Positions 12,743 to 25,051 of a stretch of 63,458 nucleotides of DNA are shown in pieces. The DNA is taken from NCBI GenBank assembly GCA_032718475.1, contig JAUCBJ010001625.1:1-63458 (forward strand), read 5' to 3'. The notes under the pieces were generated by a model. The model made no database searches, was not told the DNA's origin, and worked only from the letters and a program-made list of their open reading frames with translations. The position numbers and the translations under genes were made by a program. The stretch is from Nemertoderma westbladi (Eukaryota; Animalia; Xenacoelomorpha). How positions within the stretch are numbered: the first letter of the stretch is position 1; each line of letters begins with the position of its first letter.

Positions 12743-14325
12743 ATCGATGGTGGTCTTAAACGGATTGGTTTCCCTCCGTTGAATCGTCCGGGTACCCTTG
12801 GAGACATGATTCGTTTCTCCTCTCCGTTTGGATTCGATCCGGAACGGTAGGGTGGTGAAATCAAAATTGGCAGGAATGTGGAGGAGTGTGTGATGTCATA
12901 GGTCGTTACAGACCGCGCAGCACAACCTTTGGTCGCAATCCCGGACGTAGTGACCTGTTCCAAGACACCGGAAGCATCCTCAGTGTTTCATTATTGCCTT
13001 GAAGCGTGGGACGAGTTCAGCAAACTGGAACTTTCTGCAGAATTCCACCTTATGCTTCTCCCAGCAGAAGAGACGCCTTGAAGCGTGGGACGAGTTCAGC
13101 AAACTGGAATTTTCTGCAGAATTCCACCTTATGCTTCTCCCAGCAGAAGAGACATAGAAGGGAGGTTGTGGTGCCTTCCCTTTCGGGTGCCCAATTCGCT
13201 AGATAACACACCCATTCCTCAGCTGATGTTGGTTCCTCATAGTCCTCGTCATCTGAATCCTCGGCCATGGTGATGGCCATTGTACTTACCGGAGGGGGGT
13301 GGAATCTCGGTTTCGGAGTGGGTACCCTGCTCCTAGAGTTGTTCTCTATTTCGTCTAACTTGGAGAGACTTTATTTGGAGAACATCGAGTCGTTCATGGC
13401 TTTGGAGATATCATCTAAGAATGTCGACATTTCGAGGAAGCTGGGATCCCAATCCGGGTGTCTGCGTCGGAGATCGACGCATTTGTACACCCATTTGCTT
13501 TGCAACCATCCAGGGAACTTCCAGGCAATCTGTCGGAAGCTTAGGATGTTGTTTACTTGTTCCTCCTTGTTCAATGGTTTTAAAGTGTAGTAAGTATCTT
13601 TCATTGAGTCTGAGAACTCTTGGATATTCTGTTGGTCCCCTAGAGATCCAGCATCCTGTATCAGTTTTCAAGCGTCTTATTAATTATAGTTCCGATGTTA
13701 CCATATCTTTTATCTAGAGTTTTCCACGTGTCGTGGTACGCTTCATGAGATCCTCCTTCGAAACATTTAATGATTCGATGTGGCTTGTCACCCAGGTATT
13801 GGGATAAATATACCAGTTTTTGTGCGTCGGTTACATCTGTTGATCCGATCTGAGCAAAGAACCGTTTTTTAAATCCAAGATAATCAACGGGGTCTCCCTC
13901 GAAGGTACGGATCTCGATCTTGGGCATAGCTAGGTGGTTCTCTAATGCTCGGATGATGCCAACGTCGTCCGAGTTGGAATGACTAGGAGGATTGTAATTA
14001 CTAACACTCTCTCCCATACATGATGGATCGATTAGAGGTGGAGTTTTAATGATGACGCGGTTACGGATTTTCGGTGTGGACGTGAACGGATTATTGGATC
14101 GAGTGGTGGCGTCCCGTTCCGAGTCCTTTTCAGGCCCGTACTGCGGAACGCTTGGTGCCGTAGGATTTGATGGGAGATAGGGTTCCTCATTCTTAAGCGT
14201 AACCGGTGGGGGATGGAATACGGGTGCTTGAGCCGATAAGGTGGACCGTATTATTATTCGTCCTGTAACTAGGACCCCCTTCGTTCTTGGATAAGGACGC
14301 CCTTGGTCCTGGATTAAGGACCCAT
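12739..14325 (-). pseudogene. gag: BEL-A gag (capsid-like region and zinc knuckles), fragmented, N-terminus missing
   Basis: PKIEIRTFEGDPVDY, QKLVYLSQYL, LDKRYGN and CLFCWEKHKVEFC. A small ~79-bp internal duplication lies near 12996-13152. Confidence 0.85.
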
Positions 14326-16425
14326 ATACTTGGCTGCAGGGGTATATGGCCTGGCCAGGCAGATGGTAATCTACCAATGCTGGTCAGGAGTAGAGTGTTC
14401 GCATGTTCACTCTGAGTGCACTTCACTGCAACCTGCACCTGGCAGTAGGGGTACAGAGCATGACCCAGCAGATGAGCTGCACAGACAATGGTGGGTCATG
14501 TGCGCAAGAATAGATATGGGTGATGGGCCTCATATCTGACTCCACTGCGACACCCACCCTGTAGAATGGCAAACCAGGGTGTGGTATTTGCCCCGAGAGC
14601 TGACTCGGCAAAAAAGCACACCCAACCCCCACTATGGATTACATTAGTAATGCGGAGGTCCAGCCACTAGAGGCCAGTGGAATGAGTGGACACAATTGGC
14701 CTCACAGGTGTCAGTTATCTCCTGACCGGCTGCCTATCTCACCCCCTAATGGAGAGAGAACGGCAAACAATTTTTTGAGTCCCTTTCCTGATGACCTTTC
14801 TGGCCCAAACCCTGGGTCACCAGGGAGGCCAGATTGTGAGGGGAAGAGGGATTCTGGAGTTGGAGGCTACTCTCATGTTCCACCCCGACCAACAAAGCCA
14901 TTGGCCAAAGTCACTAGACTAGCCTCAGTAAACACCCTAACACTCGGGTCCCCAATGCGACAAGGTGAGCTGATTGCCTTGGCAGATAAGCTTTCTCTTA
15001 GTGCAGTGGGTGTTCAAGAGCACCGAATGCAGACAGGACAGACTGATGAGGTTCTGATTAAGGACATGGGGGGCGGTTGGCAACTCGCCCTTGCTTCAGC
15101 AGATGATAGTGGCAATGGTGGAATTGGTCTATTGATGAATCCGACTGCACATGCAGCATTGTACAAAATAGACCAAATCTCTAACCGCATCATCCGTTGC
15201 CACTTCTCATGTTCTGGAAGACTGGCTAAGAAGTTTCCTAAGGTGGTTCTGATTGTGTGCTATTCTCCAACTAGTGTTACCCCTGTAGAGGAGGTAGAAA
15301 ATTTCTACCAGAATCTACAAGCACCTACTGATGGAGTGGATCAGCACGCATTCTTAACATTCCTGGGAGACTTTAATGCAAGTCTGCATCAATCACCTAC
15401 ATCGCCCTGGGTCTATAGCAATAGTGTTAACCGAAATTCCGTCCATATTCAGGATTTTATCTCTGGAAATGGATTGTTTTCGGCTGGAACCCAGTTCAAG
15501 AAGCGAACTGGAAAGCTATGGACTCATAGTAGACCCAGTGGTCACAAGTCTCAGATAGACCATATCCTGTTTCGTAGGAAATACAGGAGCTCTATACAAG
15601 ACTGTAATGCATTTACACTACGACCCTTCTCCAGTGATCACCGCCTTATTGTGGACAAGGTAAGAGTCAGTCTGCGTGCTAGCAGAACAACGAAATCTGC
15701 CTTACCGCGGCATGACTGGTCCTCTCTGTTGCAACAGCCAAGTGTGAGATCCAGCTTCACACTACAGCTGAGCAACAGGTATGTGGCTCTTGCCTCTGAG
15801 GCGGCAGATCACTGTGGGGGCTATACTGCCTTTACAGAAGCAGTTCCTGTATACCCTCAAAACAGGAAACGGGCCCCCTGGACTGACAACAAAATTCAGA
15901 AGTGCCGAAATGACCTCTACAAGGCGCAGAAAGAGTCCCGACTCAAACAGACTACAGCGGCCAAGAATGCAGTTAAGGCTGCATCTAGGTCCCTGAACAG
16001 GCAGTACTCTGTTAATTTACAGGAGCTAATAAACCAACAGGTTGATGCCATCAATGATGCTGACGACAGCAGGCAATCATCCCAGGCATGGAGATCTATC
16101 AACTTGCTTGCTGGTCGAAAAAGCCAACCAACCACCAAGGTTAAGGCTGAATCACCAGCCGATCGCCTCAATGGTTGGAAGGCCCACTTTGAAAAGCTCC
16201 TCAATAATGACAGGGTATTGCCTGATAACTTTATAGAAGTAAAAGTGTCTGAGTCCATACTCCCAGATATTCCCATTGGTGATATCTCCTTTGCAGAAGT
16301 GAAGGCTGCTGTAAAGAGCATTAAGACCAATCGTGCTAGTGGAGTAGATGGTTTTCCCCCTGAGGTCTTTAAAATAACTGAGTGTTTAAAGCTCATCTAT
16401 CCCATCATAGTAGACATGTACCGTA
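14325..16425 (+). mobile_element. RTE-clade LINE 5' portion (5' UTR plus APE endonuclease), 3'-truncated, interrupting BEL-A gag
   Basis: A GC-rich leader is followed by an endonuclease ORF that breaks off at the start of RT. Boundaries are approximate. Confidence 0.8.
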
Positions 16426-16457
16426 CGGAGGGTGGTGAAGACGGAACAGCAAGGTGA
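14634..16457 (+). CDS. RTE ORF: APE endonuclease, linker and start of RT (truncated)
   Basis: GVQEHR, YSPT, GDFNA, QIDHIL, SDHR and RASGVDG..PEVFK. Confidence 0.9.
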   Translation: MDYISNAEVQPLEASGMSGHNWPHRCQLSPDRLPISPPNGERTANNFLSPFPDDLSGPNPGSPGRPDCEGKRDSGVGGYSHVPPRPTKPLAKVTRLASVNTLTLGSPMRQGELIALADKLSLSAVGVQEHRMQTGQTDEVLIKDMGGGWQLALASADDSGNGGIGLLMNPTAHAALYKIDQISNRIIRCHFSCSGRLAKKFPKVVLIVCYSPTSVTPVEEVENFYQNLQAPTDGVDQHAFLTFLGDFNASLHQSPTSPWVYSNSVNRNSVHIQDFISGNGLFSAGTQFKKRTGKLWTHSRPSGHKSQIDHILFRRKYRSSIQDCNAFTLRPFSSDHRLIVDKVRVSLRASRTTKSALPRHDWSSLLQQPSVRSSFTLQLSNRYVALASEAADHCGGYTAFTEAVPVYPQNRKRAPWTDNKIQKCRNDLYKAQKESRLKQTTAAKNAVKAASRSLNRQYSVNLQELINQQVDAINDADDSRQSSQAWRSINLLAGRKSQPTTKVKAESPADRLNGWKAHFEKLLNNDRVLPDNFIEVKVSESILPDIPIGDISFAEVKAAVKSIKTNRASGVDGFPPEVFKITECLKLIYPIIVDMYRTEGGEDGTAR

Positions 16458-16534
16458 GTAGTAAACATACTGAAAATAATTACATATTTCAATTATTCCG
16501 CTATATTAATATATTCGATTACTGTATTATATAA

Positions 16535-16577
16535 TTTCCAACGTTTCAACTACACAGTAGCCATCATCAGGGATAAA
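16535..16577 (-). ncRNA. Candidate minimal hammerhead ribozyme (Penelope-type)
   Basis: Minus strand reads TCC-CTGATGA-T-GGCTAC-TGT-GTAGTT-GAAACGTT-GGA. The core boxes flank a pairable stem II and there is a palindromic AACGTT. Confidence 0.55.
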
Positions 16578-16705
16578 CAAACCATAAAAAGAAGCAAAGA
16601 ATGCAGGATAGTAATTACAAAAATTAAATTGAAGAATTATTAAGATATATGTAAAAGTGATAACTGTAAACTACAGTAGTACCGGTGGGTAGGTGCCGAC
16701 ACTAA

Positions 16706-16806
16706 CAGTGAGGCATAGCCTGGGCCTCAGTGAGGCATAGTCTGGGCCTCAGTGAGACATAGTCTGGGCCTCAGTGAGGCATAGTCTGGGCCTCAGTGAG
16801 GCATAA
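16706..16806. repeat. 22-bp tandem repeat, ~4.5 copies
   Basis: CAGTGAGGCATAGTCTGGGCCT repeated. Confidence 0.9.
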
Positions 16807-17574
16807 TTTTTCAAACAAAATCTATCCAGTAAGCAACCGAGAGTGGACTCTCTATAGCCGAGGGGCACTTGTATAATAACTAATAATCACGAACCCCATC
16901 CTCTTATAATATATAACTCTGTAGTAGTCAGTAGCAGTAGTAGTAGTAGTATAAGTAGTAAGTAATAGTAAAGGAGATCGGTTTAAACCAAAGTGATAAA
17001 GTAACATTATTATATAACATAATCATATAGACAAAGCAGAATAAGATACAGATTCATAATTATTTTATCAAACTCATGTACTACTTACTTCAATGTGCCA
17101 ATTGTAATAATAATTAAACATATTATTCCGATTAATCTGCGTTTGGCCCTATAAGATATTATACTGAAGTGTTTTATATCAATATATCCATGCGAGTAAA
17201 CAAGAAGTGAAGTAAATGTTTATTATTATAGTTTTAGAAATTGAATGATATACCCAAGATAGTGAAATAGATAATATACAAGAAATTGCCATTTGATCAG
17301 ATATATCAAAGCGGCGTCTTTAGTATAATACCGTAATAGTATCAATTAACTCTGTTATACAATGTAAATATACTAAATCTATTTATAAATATATTATGAG
17401 CCCTACATTGTATATTTCTCCTACAGGTAGACAATGTAGTATGTTAAAACTTGATATAATTTGGTATAATGTATAACATATTACAAATACCACCCTATAA
17501 ATATACCACCCTATAAATAGTGTTCACCACCTACCCCACCCACCGCCCTTATTACTTCATTATAATGAAAGATA

Positions 17575-18888
17575 GTACTGGCGCTCCGGTCACTCTGTTC
17601 CCTCCGCTGGGGGGGTTAAGTAGTAGGTTCTGACACTATGCAAAATCCGAGCACAGAGTTAGAAGCGCATTGGATAGGCGAACATTTCTTGCAGTGAAAG
17701 TATTTCCATACCTATTATAGTTTTCGAGATAGTCAGACATGAGTAGCAAAAATTTGAATTTTTTTCGGTAAAGTCTGATTTCACCGGTACCTGTCATCCG
17801 AAATATGGATTGTGATATATCGTTGGATGCGAATCCACTAACTGTACATTCACATATTTTCAAGGAAAAAATTCGATCAAGGGTTTTCGAAATATTTTCG
17901 AATTACCGGAAGCAGACTTTGGACGACCATATCTCCGGTACCGCTAGGCCTATTGAGTCGAAATTTTTTTTAATCTACTTAGAACACTCCAGTGAATGTT
18001 TTTTAGTTTGAAAGTTTTGCCCCAAAATGCTCAGAAGTAATTTCGAAAAAACTGATCATTTTGCGATCATGATCTTTTGACCCCCTAGAATTGAACTTTT
18101 TATGGTCAAATTTTGGCTACCCCCCCTAATTCGAGGGTGAGGAATCTTTTTGTAATGTTAACTTTTTTCATACGGTGAACTCACAGGACTTGGTCTTCGA
18201 AATAAAACCGAAAACATGATCTTTCCTGATCATGGCTTGATCAAATCGCTTTTTGAAAATTTTGAAATGCTCAAAAGTTGCCCCTTCTTAATAGAAGTCG
18301 ATTAGTAAAAAAAAAAATCGGGGGTCTCAAACAAAGTTTTCGAGAAAATCGGGAAAAACCGAAAAACACGATCTTTTATGATCAGGAAGCTGATCTCGAG
18401 AACTGGTTGCCCGATCGAGCCAATTTTTTTTAATCAACTCAGAATAGACTATTGCACATTTCTTACAATGAATGTTTATTAGAAAAATGCTTAGAATCGA
18501 TTTTAAATATACTGATCTTTTCGCGATCATGATCTTGAGTTTTGACCCACTAGACTTGAACTTTTTTATGCACAAATTTTGGCTACCCCCCATAATTCGA
18601 GGGCGAGGAATCTTTTTGTGATGTTAAGTTTTTCCATACGGTGAACTCCCTGGACTTGGTCTTCAAAATAAAACCGAAAACACGATCTTTTCTGATCGCG
18701 GCCTGATCAAATCGCTTTTTGAAAATTTCGAAATTAGCGGTTCTGGACTTATCTCCATAGCAACGTGGTTGCTAGGGAAGCAGACTTTTTGACTCAAATT
18801 GGCCCTAGCCGGAGAACCGTAGACTTTTTTAACACATTATGTATGGCGAAAAGTCTTCTGGATAAATTTTTTTTTGGGGGGGGGGGGT
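17575..18888. mobile_element. Non-coding, internally repetitive non-autonomous element (possibly Helentron-associated/DINE-like or MITE)
   Basis: No credible ORF. Internal direct repeat ~18055-18270 vs ~18510-18735. Composition is distinct from the flanks. Family assignment is a guess. Confidence 0.4.
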
Positions 18889-18889
18889 C

Positions 18890-19947
18890 TAGGAACATCC
18901 TATTGTTCGTTTTCGCTTAGTTGCTGAGATCCTCTCATCCCCCAAATCCCAGGATTCTATAAAGGCATTCTGCTGGACTAGTTCCGTGGCCGGAATAGTG
19001 TTCGGTGTTCTGCGAACAGAGAACCTAATCGGTTTAGGGCCCTGACCGTCCAGATAATTCCACTGACAAAGCATCTCAGAACATGGAGAACACCTTAACC
19101 AGGTTAATAACCAGGTTAAACGTCCACAGTCTCCCACACCTTCTCCACGCAGTGTAATTGCTAATATTCCGGCTTCCTCGAAATGATTCACAGTATTCGA
19201 TGCAGCACACGGAAATTGGCAGATTCCCCTGGACTCAAAAAGCTAACTTCTCACAACATTTACCACACCATGGGGCGCTACGTACATCGACGTAGTGAAA
19301 TGGGCCTCATCTCGAGTGGTGATGAATATAATCGTAGTGGAGACAACGCATTGCAGGGTATTCCCAACATGGTCAAGTTGGTTGATGACCTACTGATCTA
19401 CGGAGCCAATCTTGAAGAACATATCTCCCAGATTAGGGTTGTACTGCAACGCAACAAAAAATTGTGTCTTCACCCAGAGAAGATACAATTTGCTAAGTCG
19501 GAAGTTAAATATGCCGGATTTCTAGTGGGAGAATCGGGAATAAAACCAGATCCAATGAAACTTCGAGTGATCTCAAGTTTTCCATGTCCAACTAACATAA
19601 CAGACTTAAGAAGTTTTGTTGGGTTAGTCGAACAATTGGACCCTTTCTCACATGACTTGGTGTCACATTTAACTCCACTGCGTCCCTATTAAGTGCGAGG
19701 TCTCCATTTATATGGACTCCAGACCACAAACGCGCATTGATTGCGACTAAGGCCGGACTGATTTTGTGGCCTATTCTAGCATCATTCGACCCCACTAAGA
19801 AAATTCAGCTCCAAACAGATGCATCCCGGAATCATGGCCTTGGGTACACTCCAACTCCATGGCAAAGATTGGCGTCTCGTTGAATGCTGTAGTTGGTTTG
19901 TGAACGAAACAGAATCCCGCTATGCCATAGTCGAGTTGGAGATGTTT
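18890..19947 (+). pseudogene. pol: Ty3/Gypsy RT-RNase H fragment
   Basis: FTVFDAAHG.WQIPLD, MGLISSGDEY, VDDLLIYG, LRSFVGLV and RYAIVELE, with frameshifts. Confidence 0.85.
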
Positions 19948-20549
19948 ATAGCGATGAGCGACAACGAGACGGACATAAGGGAGATAGTAAAGAGCGATGA
20001 GTGACAATGAGACGGACATTAGGGAGATAGTAAAGAGCGATGAGCGACAACGAGACGGACATAAGGGAGGTAGTAAAGAGCAATGAGCGAAAACGAGACG
20101 GACATAAGGGAGGTAGTAAAGAGCGATGAGCGACAACGAGACAGACATTAAGGAGATAGTAAAGAGCGATGAGCAACAACGAGACGGACATTAGGGAGAT
20201 AGTGAAGAGCGATGAGCGACAACGAGACGGACATAAGGGAGGTAGTAAAGAGCGATGAGCGACAACGAGACAGACATTTGGGAGATAGTAAAGAGCGATG
20301 AGCGACAACGAGACGGACATTAGGGAGATAGTAAAGAGCGATGAGCAACAACGAGACGGACATTAGGGACATAGTAAAGAGCGATGAGCGACAACGAGAC
20401 GGACATTAGGGAGATAGTAAAGAGTGATGAGTGACAACAAGACGGACATTAGGGAGATAGTAAAGAGCGATGAGCAACAACGAGACGGACATTAGGGAGA
20501 TAGTAAAGAGCGATGAGCAACAACGAGACGGACATTAGGGACATAGTAA
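19948..20549. repeat. 43-bp minisatellite, ~14 copies
   Basis: AGAGCGATGAGCGACAACGAGACGGACATTAGGGAGATAGTAA in head-to-tail array with no spacers. Confidence 0.95.
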
Positions 20550-21038
20550 TTTTTCGATATTGTCATGTCGCTCTCATATTATATGGGTGAATGTCAGAGA
20601 CCTTTGAAAATAAATTAGAGAGACTTGAATTGCCGGGATTGTTGGATATATCAAACATTACCGTAGCTACTTGCTGTATGTATAACTTTTCAATTGGTAG
20701 AATCCATAGTTCTTTGTAAAGTTGAGTAGCTGAGGATCGGGAGTCGGAAAATATAGCTCTTAGTACTTTATTAACACACACCTTGAGTGGGTGAATGAAA
20801 GAATGATGTGTTAACCCAAACTATAAGAGCATAAAAAAGGTGTAAGGATGGATTAATGTAAAATAAAGCATACGCAATATTTGCCGTGAAAGGACATAAT
20901 GTAACTTGTAAAATATTCCAATGGATTTTGATATTTTTTTGTGTATATACTATATAGTTAGTGTGTGTTTTCCAAGACATGTCAGAATCAATCTACAGCC
21001 CTAAGTATTTAGTCATCAGAGTTTCAGAAATAGGTTTA
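20550..21038 (-). pseudogene. Host LINE (CR1/L2/Crack group), 3' half
   Basis: KPISETLMTKYLG..IDSDMSWKTH and NKVLRAIF...LYKELWILPI. Continues in frame from the 5' half at 62209. Confidence 0.85.
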
Positions 21039-21045
21039 AGATAAG

Positions 21046-23276
21046 TGTTGTGTCCTCTACGGTAGTGACTACCCTACGGCCTACAAATCTACTAATATGA
21101 AGCTATAGAATATCTCTAACCGTAATGTCCAATAGTATACCGCTTACCAGATCCTAGTAACGATGTATCTTACTGTAAGACTCTAGTAATGAAACGGGCT
21201 CGTACAGTATCGGACAACAAATCCCAGTCCAGGATATCTAAACAAACAGATACAATACACAAACTACTACTGGCGAGGAGCAGAGCCTGGTGTCTATTCT
21301 ATGTACGTGAGCGGGTCTAATGCCTACGAACTAGACAAAAGGATACCTGTCCTCTAACCGGTATGGCAGATGTACAGTTACAGTAACAGACCAAACTGAC
21401 GGGAAAACAATCCCCGCGCAGCAAATCCTAACTATCGCTGACAGTCCTAAAATACCGTAACTTGCCGCGGTGTGATTTATATGGTTTATATACGAGCTAG
21501 GTGGGTTACAGCCCTAGCGTAACAATACTGATCTCCCTGTCTGAAGCAGTCTAAAAGGGGTCGTGCCTAATGTAACAATACTGCTGCTCTAGGCAAACAA
21601 CAGTTTAATAACAAAATAATGAAATACTCCCTTTGCCGTAACTAAATATCTGATCCTTATTTTACAAATACGAATAGTAAAGTGCAGATAAATTCTGCCT
21701 AAAGTAATCTAAAGTGCGCTATAACTAGTAGAACTCTAGGGGTAAATATGTTTTAGGGCGTATGTGTGTGGGTGTGTGTGTGTGTGGGTGTGTGTGGGTG
21801 TGTTACAATAAAACAATTTTGGTGTATATTATTTTACTAGGTTTTAGTAATTCTCTGACCAAAACAATACCGTGCGCTAGCTACTAAAATAAGCTAGTCG
21901 CGTTATTGTAGAACTTTATACTTACAAATGACGTCAAAGCTCTCTCCTTCCTATCCACAACTCAACTGGGCAACCACGGTGTTAGTAACTACACCCGTGA
22001 TCGGCACAAATACCAGATTCTGGTTATAAGATAAGAAATAGGGGTTAATTGCTACCGTACGCTAGCTGATCTGGTATACAAATTTGATTCTAGAACTTTG
22101 TTGCTGCTGTAGTTAGCAGCAAATACCTATCAGTACGTGGCAAGGCGCCGTAGGATATTAATAAAACCTCCCTAGGCCAAGCGGTGTGCCGGTAGCAGAA
22201 ATGCTCCTTGCCTGATCAAATAACTAACTTCAGGCAGGGGGGGGGGGGGGGGGGGGGTGTACTAATGTATAGTTCTACAGAACGAACCGGTACCGAACGG
22301 TCAGTTTGCGAATCACTAAATTATGGAACGTATGCTGTCTGTACCTAATATGTACTCGTGTACTGACGGACGGCAATAGCTCGCACCTGTGAGGTATACA
22401 GGTAACCCAGGGATTTGCAGGACTGACAAAGGGGGTTCTGCCTAGAACATAGTTATTTGATCCTAAATTTTGCGGCGTCCCAGAACGGCATCACGCTTAC
22501 CCTGATCTATAGGTCTTACTTCGGGCAAGGGCGTCAAACAAAGTCTTACCTTCCTCAGAAGTCGGGCGCTGCGTGGCAAGTGGAGTATTTCGTAGGGCAA
22601 AGGGGGTGCGCGGTCTAACCTAATGTGGGCGCTAGCGTGTTGTGGACATCCTTTCCCTGCGTTGCTGACGGCCTAACGGTCTAGGCAGCCATCTTCCTGC
22701 TGCTTGGCTGTCCCAAAGTTGGACAAAGGAAAAACTTGTTCAGAAATTGACAGTGTATTTACAGTTTAGCAAAAGATTTATCAAAACAGATTTACCAAAT
22801 AGTTTCAACAAGAAACTAATAACGAATGATTAGTGCAAGAAGTGAGACAAGAGTGAATGGTAAGGTGATAACCGAAGGCAAACCAGCCCTTATATACACT
22901 AAATCTGTGACATGGAATCCAAACAGAATTTTCCATAGCCTCACATTGGAGCAATAAGATGTTCTATGCCCTATGATTGGCCCAGCTCATCGTTCGATAC
23001 GTTGTACGCACCTCATTGGTCCACCAATCTGCACCAAGTGAAAATAAATTGCCCCAAAATGCAAACCTCCCGACCGGGATTCGAACTCGTAACCTATCTG
23101 TAATGTAACCAACGCCTTAACCATCTGACCACTACGCCATGAGAGTAACTAGGGGTTTTATGTGTACAAATATGAATAGGCATATTACAATACTGTAACT
23201 TAATCAAAATGCGTCGGGTTTTAGAAAGTTTTTACGTTAAACTACAAATGCTATCTTATAGTTAAATAATCCATCA
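21046..23276 (-). repeat. BEL-B 3' LTR (2231 bp)
   Basis: Direct repeat of 33950-36133; minus-strand ends TGATG...CAACA. Confidence 0.95.
23066..23138 (-). ncRNA. tRNA-like Pol III cassette in the BEL-B 3' LTR
   Basis: A-box-like TGGTCAGATGG and B box GTTCGAATCC, with TTTT shortly after. The acceptor stem does not pair, so it is not a true tRNA. Confidence 0.65.
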
Positions 23277-23290
23277 CCACTCCATGAAAA
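23277..23290 (-). promoter_or_regulatory. BEL-B polypurine tract
   Basis: Minus strand TTTTCATGGAGTGG abuts the LTR and resembles the BEL-C PPT TTTTCTGGGAGCGG. Confidence 0.7.
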
Positions 23291-23874
23291 CAGTAAGTAA
23301 GACTGTTTTCACCAATCGAAATACAAACTATTTAAATATACTTCTAAGTCTAATGGTGGGGCCTTAAATATCAAATAATCACTATCTAATTTTTGCATAT
23401 TTAATATTGCAGGTTCGGCGTAAATACAATCCATCGTACATACAAAATACAATTTTACAAATTAACTTTAGTGCCTAAAATACAAAAGGCTTTCGGTTAT
23501 CAAGGTAAGCAAATTAAACAAATTAGATCAAAACAAATTAGAACAAATCAAACAAATAATTTCAATCTCTTTCGATAAATCTTTATATATTGTAAATATA
23601 CATAATAAACTTTCACCAAATTAAATCAGTTCACATATAAAATAAACATAATGCGATAATAACTTCCAAATAAGTTTTAAAGTGTCCTCCTGACGATCTA
23701 AAGTTCGTCCTGCTGGTCTGGATATCTTCTCCTGAGCACTAATTGCTAACGGTAGGCTCGCAAGCCTTCCTTTCTCTATCTCGCTCCTCCAAAACCAACA
23801 TTCAATATGAATACCAAATATAATATCCAATATAAACATCCAAATAAAATATCTGGTTGGTCTCGCGACTGGTA

Positions 23875-24430
23875 CTACCGCTTTAATAGGATGGGGCTGA
23901 GGTTCTCGCGTCCATGTAGTCTCTGCGACAAACGCTGAGCAAAGGTGATACTATCGAAGAGCTCGGGTGTCATCTCCTTAGGTTCGGTTTGATCGTGGGA
24001 TATCCAGTAAAATGGTAGGCTCGCGAGCCTTCCGCCAAACTCCTCGATCTCGCCTTTCTCGTATTCCTTCAAATTCGTCCCTGGCTGCAGGTAAGGGTTC
24101 ATTTGCCGTCAGATATTGCAGCGTATGATATAATCGGCGTATCTCTGTGTCTGGATCCTTGAAAAATGTTACTGGCGTCGCATAACGCATTGTGGGGATA
24201 CAACGCATTGAACTCCGCGCGTAATTCCTCCGCTCTTTTGTTATAAGCGTCCAATCGCTGTCGCGTAACATTCGGGTCCGCCTTGGATTTAGCGAGCTTG
24301 GCTGTACTCCTAGCCATACTCTCCACTCCAAACACGTTAAAGTTTTGGCTCCATAACAATTAAATGGTGCCTGGTGCTCCTGTTCCTGCGTGAATCCCTG
24401 TATATGTAGTGTTTCTACTAGAGGAAGCAC
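23875..24430 (-). pseudogene. BEL-B remnant of the accessory gene (N-terminal domain)
   Basis: DPDTEIRRLYHTLQYLTANEPLP..DEFE aligns by eye with DPIMELKRLYFTMMYLTADRPLP..DSFE of the 1417-aa ORF. Confidence 0.75.
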
Positions 24431-25051
24431 AAACAGAGGTTAGATGTGAGGAGACTTAGAGTTTTGTCGGCTTTTAGCTCAACTTTGCTCTAAAACCCCT
24501 ACCCATTTGCCTAATGACTTCAGGTTCGCGTAATTTCGCACTGGCTCCTAATCCAAAATTGTGCCGATAAAAAACGAATTCCGGGTAAACTAGCTGCGAG
24601 TCTAAAATACTCACCTTTTCATTTCCCAAACTACATTCCTAAAGAAAATAATGCAGTCGAGAATTAATTCGGTCTAAATAATAGTAGACACGACTACGTA
24701 GAACAAGGCCGGTTTTCTTTTTCAAAAAAATTTATCGGTAGGCTCGCAAGCCTTCCATCCGCTCTTGTCCTCCCCAATTCTAATTTTTATCTATCTGTAT
24801 TCTAGAATTCGCATTCACTGGAGAATCATTTTTCTTAAATTTAAATCCAACTGAATGGATTTGTCTAATAATTTTTGAAAATTGTCTCACTTGTGGGTTC
24901 CAAGTGGAATTACGTTCCTACTGTACACACAATCCCGCTCCTATGTGATACATAAGGGTACTACCCTCCAGGTTCACATATAAAGGAATTCCACCGCTGT
25001 CTCTATCTACAGTGAAGAGGATTACAAATGCACATACATTAATACAAAATA

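Larger units (their letters stand above)
2937..14325 (-). mobile_element. BEL/Pao LTR retrotransposon BEL-A (5' end lost, degenerate)
   Basis: Order is gag-PR-RT-RH-IN-accessory ORF-PPT-LTR. BEL-type motifs: DIKAMFHQV, FGAKDSP, FYIDD, FSDAS, TIPRLELQAA, NPADLSSRG, TGVDCFG. Confidence 0.92.

Noticed and set aside
14325-14633. HDV-like ribozyme in the RTE 5' UTR
   Set aside because: Hairpins are present, but I could not assemble the nested double pseudoknot by eye. A descriptor search is needed.
19948-20549. Regular 43-bp array that could be mistaken for CRISPR
   Set aside because: Head-to-tail units with no unique spacers, no cas genes and a eukaryotic context: it is a minisatellite. ORFs over it are artefacts.
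23066-23138. Functional tRNA gene
   Set aside because: Acceptor and anticodon stems do not pair; only the promoter boxes are retained.
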